From contig OX597814.1 in NCBI GenBank assembly GCA_951406725.2, positions 116,622,001 to 116,686,000 of the forward strand: a DNA stretch of 64,000 nucleotides. The letters are read 5' to 3'. Shown piece after piece: positions 13,351-24,924 of this stretch (position 1 is the first letter of the stretch; the number at the start of each line of letters is the position of its first letter). The notes below the pieces were generated by a model that worked only from the letters and a program-made list of their open reading frames with translations, had not been told where the DNA came from and ran no database searches. A program made the translations under genes and the position numbers. The stretch comes from Octopus vulgaris. Its lineage: Eukaryota.

Positions 13351-14144
13351 ATTCTTTTCTAGGCACTAGGCACAAGGTCCGAAATTTTGGGAGAGGGTGC
13401 CAGGCGATTAGCTCGACCCCAGTACGCAACTGGTATTTACTTTATCGACCCCAAAAGGATGAAAGTCCAAGTCGAACGTGGCGGGGAATTTGAACTCAGT
13501 AATAACAGACGAAATACCGCAAAGTATTTCGCCCAGCGTGCTAACATTTCTTATTTCTTTATTGCCCACAGGGGGCTAAATATAGAGGGGACAAACATGG
13601 ACAGACAAAGGGAGTAAATCGATTACATCGACCTCAGTGCGTGACTGGTACTTATTTTATCGACCCCGAAAGTATGAAAGGCAAAGTCGACCTCGGCGGA
13701 ATTTGAACTCAGAACGTAGCTGCAGACAAAATAACTATTTCTTTACTACCCACAAGGGGCTAAACACGGAGAGGACAAACAAGGACAGACAAACGGATTA
13801 AGTCGATTATATCGACCCCAATGCGTAACTGGTACTTATTTAATTGACCCCGAAAGGATGAAAGTCGACCTCAGTGGAGTTTGAACTTAGAACGTAGCGG
13901 AAGACGAAATACCTATTTCTTTATTACCCACAAGGGGCTAAACATAGAGGGGACAAACAAGGACAGAAATAGGTATTAAGTCGATTACATCGACCCTAGT
14001 GCGTAACTGGTACTTAATTTATCGACCTCGAAAGGATGAAAGGCAAAGTCGACCTTGGCGGAATTTGAACTCAGAACATAACAGCAGACGAAATACGGCT
14101 ACGCATTTCGCCCGGCGTGCTAACGATTCTGCCAGCTCGCCGCC
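13351..14144 (-). mobile_element. SINE family A tetramer
   Basis: Four tandem units of about 185-205 bp: one full head, three tail-B junctions, terminal tail-A. Confidence 0.92.
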
Positions 14145-14987
14145 TTGATAATAGGATATATCAAACATCATACAGTTATATGGTAGAACAGAGTCATTGA
14201 CATATAACGTTTGCATATATCCAAACAGAAAGAAATATAAAAGTTAAATTTATTCAACTTATCTGACAACACGAAGCATACTACCAAATAATTGAAATTA
14301 CAAGGACAAACAAGAATTATACTAGTATATGATAAACACTGCTAAAGAAAAATAGAAGCACACTGTTGCTAATTAAACGTAAGCATTAATGCCTACAAAG
14401 GTAGAATATATAGAACAACAAAAAACCTATCTAAGTATTATTAAGTAACAACCTAATTAAATTAGAGTCGTCTTAAAGAATAATTACGAAACATAATTAC
14501 ACTAATTTGATAAGACACGTGTTGGATTCACTAACGAGAATACTTTAGTAAACGTTTGTAATATTACTAGTAAAAAAGATTAAAACTAAAAACTCACTAC
14601 GATAAAAGAAATTTTAAATGTTAAACGGACATTTAACTAGTACAGAAATAAAACAAAAATTTAAAAAAAAGCAGGACTAAACAGACGTGAACTACTGTAT
14701 AAAAAGCAGAAGGTATAACGACCGCTGAAACGGAATTAAGTATAACGATAAAATCATTATATTAAAGTTAAGTAGCAATAAACCTATTAGAATTACAATT
14801 GACGCAGAGTAAAAATACGCAGGAAGCTTTAATATACTAACAAGCTAACACGCGTGCGGTATTTAACTGAGATTATTTAAATAATCGACCGCTCATCTTA
14901 GCAGATAAAATGAGAAGAAAATACGCAAGCCACACACACACAGACACACGCACACGCACAAATATATAATCATACGTTTATAACTTT

Positions 14988-15868
14988 AATAAAGCTATAC
15001 ACACAAAATAAAATCAACGGAGAAACCAGAATGAGTTGGTGAAAGGTTTATTTAGTTGCTTTTAGTTAAAGTCATGAGCGCGAGAGCCGTCTGTCAACGC
15101 GTGCTTCGATGAAGCCCCGCTTAACTGGAAGTTCCTTTCCCTGCAGATCTTCTCCCTAGCTAACCCACAGTGAAGTTCTTGTCTACAGTTCGTTCGTCAT
15201 AAGTCCTTCGGCAGTTCCCTACATATAGCTCCCTGCCCCAGAACTGTCGACTGCCATTGGAACAGGGAAGGAGTTTTAACTGCCCTGCTCGTGAGTGTTG
15301 TTACTCGGCTCATTGGTGAATGTCCACTGCCAAGGTTTGGTGAGATTTGCATGAAGCAGACCCTGACCTACTTGGACGGGGCTCTCAGTATCGAGATGGG
15401 CCGATTTCAATCAGGAGTTGGAACGATTTGTCACCCGAACATATTACTGCATATGGGCCATCGAAGGGTGATTGGAGAGGTTTTTGTCGTGCATCACGTC
15501 GAATGAAGAACTTCGTTGTGCGGAGGTCATTTAGTACGATAATTTAGGTATACCATATGTTGACATAGGAAAATGACCTAACTGGCCCACATTGTTTCTC
15601 AGTTGTGTGATATCTTTTAACATCTGGGTTTGACTTTGTGTAAACTGTACAAAAACAAATAAAAAACAGCAGAGAAACCAGAATGTTTTGGGGAAGGATT
15701 TATATAGTACATTAATTTAAACACACGTGAGCCGTCGGTTAACTAGTGTTTCGAAGATGCCCCATGTAACTGGAAGTCCCTTTCACTGCAGATCAGCCTC
15801 CTACTTAGCTCGCAGCTAAGTTCCTGTTTACACTTCGTCCGTTATAATTCCTTGGGCAGTGCCCAACA
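14988..15868 (-). mobile_element. Internally deleted Gypsy LTR retrotransposon (LTRs about 14988-15223 and 15639-15868)
   Basis: Two diverged direct repeats of about 230 bp, both starting TGT on minus; purine tract ggggcagggag before the 3' LTR; internal minus-strand FIRRDARQKPLQSPFDGPYAVICSGDKSFQL..LKSAHLD is a Gypsy integrase C-terminal GPY/F region. Confidence 0.85.
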
Positions 15869-15894
15869 TGTTCATATATATATTTTTTATTGAT

Positions 15895-16295
15895 TTTAGT
15901 TATTGTACTGCAGTAATACTGGGATATCACCTTTGAAACGCTTAGTCAAACAAATCGATCCCATTACATACATTTTAATCCCGGAACTTATTCTGTCAAC
16001 CATTTATTTTATGGAACCGCTATTTTATAGGGACGCAAACATACAAACATTGGTTTCCAAGTGGTGTTAGGGACGAACAACACATTCACAAACTCTCTCT
16101 CCACTCTCTCTCTCTCTCTCACACACTTGCGCACGCACACAGATATGTGTACGAAGTGGAGTTTTTTGTTACCATCTATCAAACCCACTAAAAAAGACTT
16201 TGGTGGGTACGGGGCTATAAAAACACTTGTTCAAGGTGACACACCGTCGAACAGCACTCTAGATCAAAGCGATTTGGTAGCAAACTTCTTATCAC
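15895..16295 (-). mobile_element. SINE family B, old degraded copy
   Basis: Patchy similarity to the reverse complement of 16991-17449, with internal CT/CA repeat. Confidence 0.6.
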
Positions 16296-16990
16296 ATAGC
16301 GATGATTGCATCTATCTACCTATCTATCTCTGTCTCTCTTTACGTCCCTCTCTCTCTCTATCTCTCTCCCTCCAGATACACATACACACACACACACACA
16401 GACATATATATACACACATGCACACACGTTATCTATATTTATCCGATGAAGTATAGGAAGTAAAAAAACAAAACTAAAAACGAGATGATCATAAATAATA
16501 TAAATACGAGAGTGGACCTATTATCTTTTCAGTCTAATAAATATTTCCCATATGCTGGCACAATGTTATCGCAACGTTATTTTCACGTAATTAAGTTTTC
16601 CAATAAGGAATAATTAAAAAAATCACTAGACATGACCGATCGTAAATTTGACTCTGGGGCACCATTTTAATGAAGTCCTGAAAGAAGCCATCTGGTCAAC
16701 AATCTAAAGAGTCTCAGATTATATTAATAACTAACTAACTGACTAACTAACTAAATAAATTAATGGGTCTCCGAAAAACTAGGTCTTCCAAGAATTAAAT
16801 CCGTTTAATTGGCCTCTGAAGGGATGACAAGTCCTTGTAAACTAGGTCGGCGTGCAAATTTTGTTTAATTTCAGACAATGCCAAACTTACAGTATTTGCA
16901 ACCATAACATACTACCAAGTATATTACTGGTTCAAAAGTCAATAGTGTATCTTACCGTGAGTTAACAATCCTATAATTTCACTTTGGTAA

Positions 16991-17152
16991 GGCGTAGGAG
17001 TGGCTGTGCGGTAAGTAGCTTACTTTCCAACCACATGATTCCGGGTTCAGTCCCACTACGTGGCACCTTGGTCAAGTGTCTTCTACTATAGCCTCGGGCC
17101 GACCTGAGCTTTGTGAGCAGATTTGGTAGAAGGAAACTGAAAGAAGCCTGTC

Positions 17153-17211
<59 letters not shown>

Positions 17212-17449
17212 CATGTGTTTGTGTGTATATGTTTGTGTGTCTGTGTTCGTTCCCCCAACATCGCTTGACAACTGATGCTGGTGTGTTTACGTCCTCGTAA
17301 CTTAGTGGTTCGGGAAAAGAGACCGATAGAATAAGTACTAGGCTTACAAAGAATAAGTCCTGGGGTCGATTTTCTAAACTAAAAGGCGGTGCTCCAGCAT
17401 GGCCGCAGCCAAATGATTAAACAAGTAAAAGAGTAAAGAGTAAAGAGAG
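16991..17449 (+). mobile_element. tRNA-derived SINE family B with internal (TA)n
   Basis: Head ggcgtaggagtggctgtgcggtaag..ccgggttcagtccc, central microsatellite, 3' part ending gaaacaagtaaaagagtaaagag; several near-identical copies in the window. Confidence 0.92.
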
Positions 17450-17560
17450 AGTTATCTCAATAAATTTTCAATAGAATTCAGAGCCAGCAGTGGAGGTTGC
17501 GACATTTTCAAAAACCAAAATTTCTATGTAAACAATGCGATTAAAGATAGAAAAAAAAGA

Positions 17561-17620
17561 GGAATGGGTGTATATACATTTTTCAAGGGTTGTTGCCCTT
17601 TCATCAGCGCATCTAACCCG
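17561..17620 (-). ncRNA. Candidate minimal type I hammerhead ribozyme (degenerate stem I)
   Basis: Minus strand: CTGATGA-aaggg-caacaa-ccctt-GAAA-aatgtata-TA-caccc; intact core boxes and a perfect 5-bp stem II. Confidence 0.5.
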
Positions 17621-18504
17621 TCAGCTACCTACGAACCCATTGCTTAAATACGCACTAGGTTTACCTGTGCAATAAACTTCGTAGTATATTATGGTTAAAA
17701 CCAAAATCGTGCAACCTTGCCGACAATGATTATATACGTACCGGCTGCCAAGAATGTGTTTAATATGCCAATTGGTCTAGCCAGTTGTCTTGCTCCGCTA
17801 AAGCGAAACTATCCTCACATGCAATTTCAAACACTTAAGCCAAATTTATGCAGACTCTCAGAATGGAAACATTAAATGCATATTTTAATACTGTTATACT
17901 AAAACTGGATACATTTAGAGGGGAAAAAAAGCAAAGAAAAAACAATTACCACTTTGTATAACAAGAATATATTAGCACATTGCAAAGCCACTTGATATGA
18001 ATGATGTACAACTAGAACAATCACAATTGTGCGGCTGGTAAAATGATATGCTTAAGATATTCTCGACAATATCTCTCTATTCACAAGTTTAAATTGTTAG
18101 CGGAGATATTCTAATTAATTAGTTTACTGTAATGATTCTCTCATGTGTTCTTGACAACAATATGCTGTCAAGAATATATTATCTCATCGCCAAGTCATTC
18201 CATACGGGCAACTCTTAACTAAAACATTAATAATACTTCTCCTGACGAAAAGACAAATACTGCAGCAGAAAAGTACTTCTCCTTTCCAGGACTGGATCCT
18301 TTGTCAGTTTTCAGCTACTAACTCCGCAGATTACATGAATATTTCTAGTGTTACTGACTATGAAAATATGAAAAGCAATGTCGCAACTAACAGAATATGA
18401 ACAAATAACATAAGTAGATATAACTAAATAGAAGCTCTTACCATTTGATTTTTCTATAGTACCGCTAAGTACAAAACTATTTATAAATAACAGTTATATA
18501 GTTT

Positions 18505-18672
18505 TTCACAAGGCCAGCAGTAATTTCAGAGGATTAGTTGATTACATTGGGCTCAGTGTATCAAGGATGAAAAGGTCGATGTCGGCGGAATTTGAGCACA
18601 GACCTTGATGATTCATAAGAAATGCCGCTGAGCGTTTTGTGCCACAGCTAATGATTCTGTCAGCTCGCTGCC
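18505..18672 (-). mobile_element. SINE family A, degraded
   Basis: cacaaggccagcag tail, ggcggaatttga, gattctgtcagctcgctgcc head. Confidence 0.7.
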
Positions 18673-19126
18673 TTAAGATATTTACAACGTTAGCACAGTA
18701 AATACATCAGGTAAGTTACTGTTGATATCTCATTTTTAAGCATTGTGAAAATGTATTTTAACATTTACAATTTTTACAACCTTACTGTTATAAACTAACA
18801 TCTTTGAGGCTTCGAATAATATCCATCATATTTGCATCCGCCTGATCGCTAATCGTCTTCAAGTGTCTTTTTCCTGGATATTTACATATTAACTGACTAT
18901 ATTCTAACTCAGAAACATTATTTCTGGATTAAAATCTAGTGAGATTCTGAATTAAAATCATTGCTAGATTATGTACACGTTTTGGAAGGAGGACCTGGTG
19001 ACGGTCGGTTAGTAAAACAGATCGAAGCGTTTCATGGGTACTGATATATATATATATATATATGCAGTTTCTTCCTCTAAAGCTCTGATAAATTGTCAGA
19101 AAAAAATATAATAGTAATAAATATTT

Positions 19127-19431
19127 GTAGAAGTACATGGCCTAGTGGTTAGAGCAGCGGACTCTCTGTCGAGCGATCGCGGATTCGAATCACAGACTAG
19201 GCGATGTGTGTGTTTATGAGGAAAATACCTAAGCTCCACGCGGCTCCGGCAGAAGGTAATGGCGAACTTCTGCTGACTCTTTCGCCACAACTTTCTCTCA
19301 CGCTTTCCTCCTGCTCATTGCAGCTCACCTGCGACGGACCGGCGTCCCGTCCACGTGGGGAACCTATACGCCATTGAAGCCGGGAAACTGGCCCATTATG
19401 AGCCAGGCATGGCTTGAGAAGGAACAAACAA
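19127..19431 (+). mobile_element. tRNA-derived SINE family C
   Basis: tggcctagtggttagagcagcggactc..ggattcgaatc head; near-identical to 51862-52161. Confidence 0.92.
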
Positions 19432-19496
19432 TAAATATGTATTTGAAAATGTAACATGAAGTGTAATGCATAATTAAGTTTAAAAGTGATGGTTTC

Positions 19497-19686
19497 AAAT
19501 TTTGGCAAAATGCTAGCAATAGTAAGGGAGAGTGCAAGTGGATTACATCGACCCACCCCAGGACTCAACTTATTTCATTGACCCACCGAAAGGAAGTAAA
19601 ACCTTGGCGTAATTTGAACTTAGAACGTTAAAGACGGACGAAATGTCGTTAAGCATTTTGTCCGGCGCGGTGTCGATCTTGCCAGT
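19497..19686 (-). mobile_element. SINE family A, degraded
   Basis: gattacatcgaccc, aatttgaacttagaacg, aagcattttgtccggcg. Confidence 0.7.
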
Positions 19687-20298
19687 TAGAAAATATTACT
19701 TGGAATTAACAAAGACAAAAACAAGTTAATGTGCAATTCCACAAGATCTTTTGAATTGTTTGGTTAAATATTAGTTGTTCTTTGCTTCCAAGTAAAATAT
19801 ACCTGTGCAAGTTTTTCCAATTTCTACATCAATTACATAAACAGCATTCAATATATTATGCTATCACTCAAAGCTGTTAGTGTTTAACAACATCAATTAT
19901 TAAAATAGCGGCTCTTAAAAAAGTGCCTTTTCCACCTTTCCATATTTGGTGAATCGTTCGAAAAATTACTTCATTAGTCTCCATAATTACTTTCCTGTTT
20001 CTGGGGAGAAAAAAAGCATCAGCAATTATTATAGTTGTTTTGTTTTCAAACAATTTTCATTATTCTGTCTAGTTCCTTGTATATTATTGCGAATATATTT
20101 TCAGTGCGTATATTTTGAAAAACAAAATGTTGATAAATTTTGATAAATTCAGTAAGTACACACATATAAGCATACACATGCAACGATGCCAACACATACA
20201 CACCTGCACGCACGCACACACACTCATCGATTTATGCAAAGACGTTGTGCATGGTACAAGATTTCTCGGTTCGCATCAAATATAATATAGTACTATAA

Positions 20299-20693
20299 GG
20301 CTACGAGCTGGGGGAGACGTTAGCATACTGGGCGAAATGCTTTGCGGTATTTCGTCTGCCGCTACATTCTGAGTTCAAATTCCACCGAGGTCAATTTTGC
20401 CTTTCATCCTTTCGGGGTCGATTAAATAAGTACCAGTTACGCACTGGGGTCGATATAATCGACTTAATCCGTTTGTCTGTTCTTGTTTGTTCTCTTTGTG
20501 TTTAGCCCCTCGTGGGTAGTAAAGAAATAGGTATTTCGTCTGCTGTTACGTTCTGAGATCAAATTCCGCCGAGGTCGACTTTGCATTTCATCCTTTCGGG
20601 GTCGATAAATTAAGTACCATTTGCGTACTGGTGTCAATCTAGTCGACTGGCTCCTCCCCCAAAATTTCGGGTCTTGTGCCTAGAGTAGAAAAA
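20299..20693 (+). mobile_element. SINE family A dimer with about 19-bp target-site duplication
   Basis: Two units; flanks atataatatagtactataa (20280-20298) and atataaaatagtactacaa (20694-20712). Confidence 0.92.
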
Positions 20694-21065
20694 ATATAAA
20701 ATAGTACTACAAATCGTTGTTAGAGAATTCCCATAATTGGAGTCAAAGGCAGCTAGTTTTTACTGGCATCAAGTCGTAATAGTTTTAATACCGACGTCAA
20801 GCCAAACAGTGATATTTTGAAATCATTTAATACGTACGTTTCAGGTTGGAGTAATTTTCAACAAGAAATGCATCCATTATGTAAACCTTCCTCAGTTAAA
20901 GCATTTGAAAAAAAGAATACTCAATGGCTGCATTTCCAATTATACATAATGCAAACCTGAAACTTACGTATTAAGTATCACTATTTGCAACAATGTGTAC
21001 ACACACATACACACTCTCACATATATGAGCCTGCGCCTATATGTGTATATGTGTGTGTGTGAATA

Positions 21066-21649
21066 GCGGCGAGCAGGCAGAAACGTTAGCACGCCGGGTG
21101 AAATGTTTAGCGGTATTTCGTCTGCGTTACGTTGTGAGTTCAAATTCCGCCGAGGTCGACTTTGCCATTCATCCTTTCGGGGTCGATAAATCAAGTACCA
21201 GTTACGCACTGGGGTCGATGTAATCGACTTAATACCTATGTCTCTCCTTGTTTGTTCTCTCTGTGTTTAGTTCCTTATGGGTAGTAAAGAAATAGGTATT
21301 TCGTCTGCTGTTATGTTCTGAGTTCAAATTCCGCCGGGGTCGACTTTGCCTTTCATCCTTTCGGGGTCGATTAAATAAGTACCAGTTACGCACTGGGGTC
21401 GATATAATCGACTTAATCCGTTTGTCTGTCCTTGCTTGTTCTCTCTGTGTTTATCCCCTTGTGGCTAGTAAAGAAACAGGTATTTCGTCTGCCGTTACGT
21501 TCTGAGTTCAAATTCCGCCGAGGTCGACTTTGCCTTTCATCCTTTCGGGGTCGATAAATTAAGTACCAGTTGCGTACTGGGGTCGATCTAATCGACTGGA
21601 TCCCTCCCCCCCGAAAAATTTGGGGCCTTGTGCCTAGAGCAGAAAAGAA
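21066..21649 (+). mobile_element. SINE family A trimer
   Basis: Three units joined at aaagaaa(t/c)ag|gtatttcgtctg; flanked by similar atatgtgtgtgtgaat sequences. Confidence 0.92.
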
Positions 21650-22598
21650 TATGTGTGTGTGAATGTGTGTGTGTGTCTGTGTGCGTAAATCATTAAGCAA
21701 TTACATTGCCTCACATGTATTGTTTATCTCTAAATTTTACTGTGCAGATTCTAATATGCAAATATGGAACGAATTTAATCTAACTCTATTTAATTAAAAA
21801 ATTGAGCTGGAGAATTACCTTTAGATTAACATTAGTAGAATTCTCTCGTGAACAGAAGCAATTTTTAAAACTGCAGAGTATAATTTCTTTCTTTCCTATT
21901 CTTTCCCTGTTGGACATTAGCTTTTTAAAGACACTTTCGCACCCCTACTGTCCATAAATATGTTCCTTATATTCTGTGTAAACTCCATGATTTCACCCCT
22001 TTATTATCTTTGTCTGATCAGTCAATTTCTCAGTAAACAAGTACATCAGCAGGCGTGGCTGTGTGGTTAAGAAGTTCGTTTGGAACCATGTATGTTCGGG
22101 TTTAGTCCCTCTTCACGGCATATTAGGCAATTACCTTCTACTGTGGTCCAAAGTCCTTCAAGTCTGCAGTCCAATGACTGAAAAAAAGTAAAAGGCAAAA
22201 ACAAAAAAAAAGGGGTGTAGAAGTCAGTTCCTTGCCCTAATGCCCTAATTAATTATTGGGTGCGATTAAGTATATTTCATGCTGCTTGTAATGAAAAAGG
22301 GAAAGAAAGTGCAGTTGAACAACAATTAATTTATAAAGTTTTTATTGAATGAGAAGAGAATTCTAACATTGGTGGTGGCGCCTTATCTCTCTAAAGCGCC
22401 ATAGTTCTATAGAGGAAGGGTTGTGAAAGTCATTACAGTGAAGTTTGTGTGTTATTGCCAGGAGAAGGAGCGTCAGAGGGAGTGATGCACATATACATTG
22501 GCAGAATTGTAAATGCAGTAGCAATAGAAACCTCAGGAAAACGAAACTGGGTATTTTCATTTACTGGTTGTTGTGTATTTGTAAATTAAGCTTTACCA

Positions 22599-23062
22599 GG
22601 CGTAGGAGTGACTGTGTGGTAAGTAGCTTACTTACCAACCATATGGTTCCGTGTTCAGTCCCACTGCGTGGCACCTTGGGCGAGTGTCTTCTATTATAGC
22701 CACGGGCCGACCAAAGCCTTGTGAGTTAATATGGTAGACCGAAACTGAAAGAAGCCAGTCGTATGTATGTATGTATGTATGTATGTATGTATGTATGTAT
22801 GTATGTATGTATGTATGTATGTATGTATGTATATATATGTATATATATATATGTGTGTGTATGAATATGTTTGTGCGTCTGTGTTTGTCCCTACAACATC
22901 GCTTGACAACCGATGCTGGTGTGTTTACGTCACTGTAACTTAGAGGTTCGGCAAAAGAAACTGATAGAATAAGTCCTGGGGTCAATTTGCTCGACTAAAG
23001 GCGGTGCTCCAGCATGGTCACATTCAAATAACTGAAACAAATAAAAGAGTGAATGAGTAAAA
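22599..23062 (+). mobile_element. SINE family B with internal (TATG)n
   Basis: Same head and tail as 16991-17449. Confidence 0.92.
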
Positions 23063-23532
23063 GTGTCTGTAGAATGACGGGAAATTAATATAATGCTCCT
23101 ATGTGATGTAATTGGCTTTTAATTTGCTTTGTAAAAGTTGGAATCTTTTCTGGCACTAAAGAAGCAGCATTCCATCTTGGCAAATGCTATTTATGCTATA
23201 TATATAGGTGTAAGCTTATCAGAAATATCGGGTCTTAACACTTACGGTAAATTTTCAAAGGAATAAATATTTTGTGTGATGTTTGAATCCAGAATAATGT
23301 GGATAGTGCATATATCACAAAGGCTATAAAGGAACGAGAAATAGATTTATGGAAACCATATTGTTTTTCAAATACGAAATAAGCCATTAGGGTGCATATA
23401 GAAACACAAGGAATGGAAAAAATTTGGTAGTAATTGCCAAATTATAATGCAGGTCCATTTATGCCATTCATAGGTAATGCGTGTAACATTTCATCGCTCT
23501 GAATAATATAAAAAAATTATGAACCTGTATAA

Positions 23533-24101
23533 TATTGGGTTGCCCGGAAAGTTCGTGAAGATTTTTAAAGAAAAGAAAAAGGGCAATAAATACTTGCCAT
23601 TACATTTTTAATCAACCAAATATGAACCATTTTGTTGCACAATGCGTCTCCATCTTTCCTTTAACTTGAAAATATCCCCTTCCCAGAATTGAGGTGGTTT
23701 CATGGTAAAGAATTCATCAAGCTATCTTTTTACGTCATCCAAGGAATTGAATTTTTACCATTAAGACTATTCTGCAGAAACCTGAATAAGTGGAAATCCG
23801 AAGGAGCAATATCTGGTGAAAATGGAGGGTGGGGTAACACATCCCAGCCGAGCTGCAGCAATTTTTGTCTGGTTCCCAAAGCATAAAGTGCCGAAAATGA
23901 ACTTTCTTAACTTCCATTTTAAAGGGTTACAGAATTAACACAGGTTATAGTAACATAAACCTCCTTCCACGAAAAGATAGCTTAAACTGTGCTCTAAATG
24001 GAGGTGTTGTGAAATCCTATTTTATGGATTCAAACATGTTCTAAAATAAGTCGAAAGATAAGCTGCTATAAATCGGCACGAACTTTCCGGACAACCCAAT
24101 A
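23533..24101 (-). mobile_element. Internally deleted mariner (DD34D) element with both TIRs
   Basis: TIRs tattgggttgcccggaaagttcgtg / cacgaactttccggacaacccaata with TA ends; minus strand LQLGWDVLPHPPFSPDIAPSDFHLFRFLQNSLNGK..KLKERWRRIVQQNGSY. Confidence 0.92.
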
Positions 24102-24369
24102 GTATCCATGTAACTGTAAGCTTCCGAGACGTCCGTTTTTTATGCAATTCAGTTCGCTTACACCACTAACTGTATTCAAAGCAGTATATTAGAAGCATTA
24201 ACAAATAATATTACTCTTCAGTTAAGATGTACTTTAGACGTAGTAACGAAAACATGGGATCCTACCTCAATACAAATGACAATACTATTAAAATACATTG
24301 TTGTAGAGCCAGTGTGAGGTCTTAAATATAAGGGAGGAATTTCGAATTTTTTTAGAATAGAAAATGGCA

Positions 24370-24655
24370 CTCAGTCCGTTACGAAAACGAAGGTTTCAGG
24401 GGATCTTATCAATGCAGCCTGCTCGAGAAATTAACGTACAAGTATATGAGCTCTCCACAGACAACGTAATTTTCAGGAAGATTCTGCATGACACAGAGTG
24501 TGACTAAGCTGGCCATTTGAATTACAGATACAACTCATTTTTGCCAGCTGATTGAACCGGAGCAACCTGAGATGAAGTGTCTTGCTCAAGGACACAACGG
24601 GGAGTCGAACTCACGGCCTTGCGATAGCGAGCCGAATGCCTCTATGCCATGCACC
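24370..24655 (-). mobile_element. Degraded tRNA-derived SINE
   Basis: Minus strand gtgagttcgactcccc B-box followed by gttgtgtccttgagcaagacacttcat core like 12901. Confidence 0.6.
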
Positions 24656-24693
24656 TTTACTCTATAGAACATAGTAATATTACTCTATGGAAA

Positions 24694-24924
24694 GGCGGTG
24701 AGCTGGTAGAAACGTTAGCACGCCGGGCGAAATGCTTAGCGGTATTTCGTCTGCCGTTACGTTCTAAGTTCAAATACCGCCGAGGTTGGCTTTGTCTTTC
24801 ATCCTTTCGGGGTCGATTAAATAAGTACCGGCTACGCACTTGGGTCGATGTAATCGACTTAATCCGTTTGTCTGTCCTTGTTTGTCCTCTCTATGTTTAG
24901 CCCCCTGTGGGCAATAAAGTAATA
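24694..24924 (+). mobile_element. SINE family A monomer (tail-B type) with perfect 17-bp target-site duplication
   Basis: aatattactctatggaa at 24676-24692 and 24925-24941. Confidence 0.93.

Noticed and set aside
13351-14144. SINE arrays as retrozymes or CRISPR
   Set aside because: No CTGANGA hammerhead core on either strand of the unit and no spacers; tRNA-like head and TSDs indicate a SINE
19127-19200. tRNA genes at SINE heads
   Set aside because: A/B boxes run directly into SINE bodies shared by several copies; no clean cloverleaf or terminator
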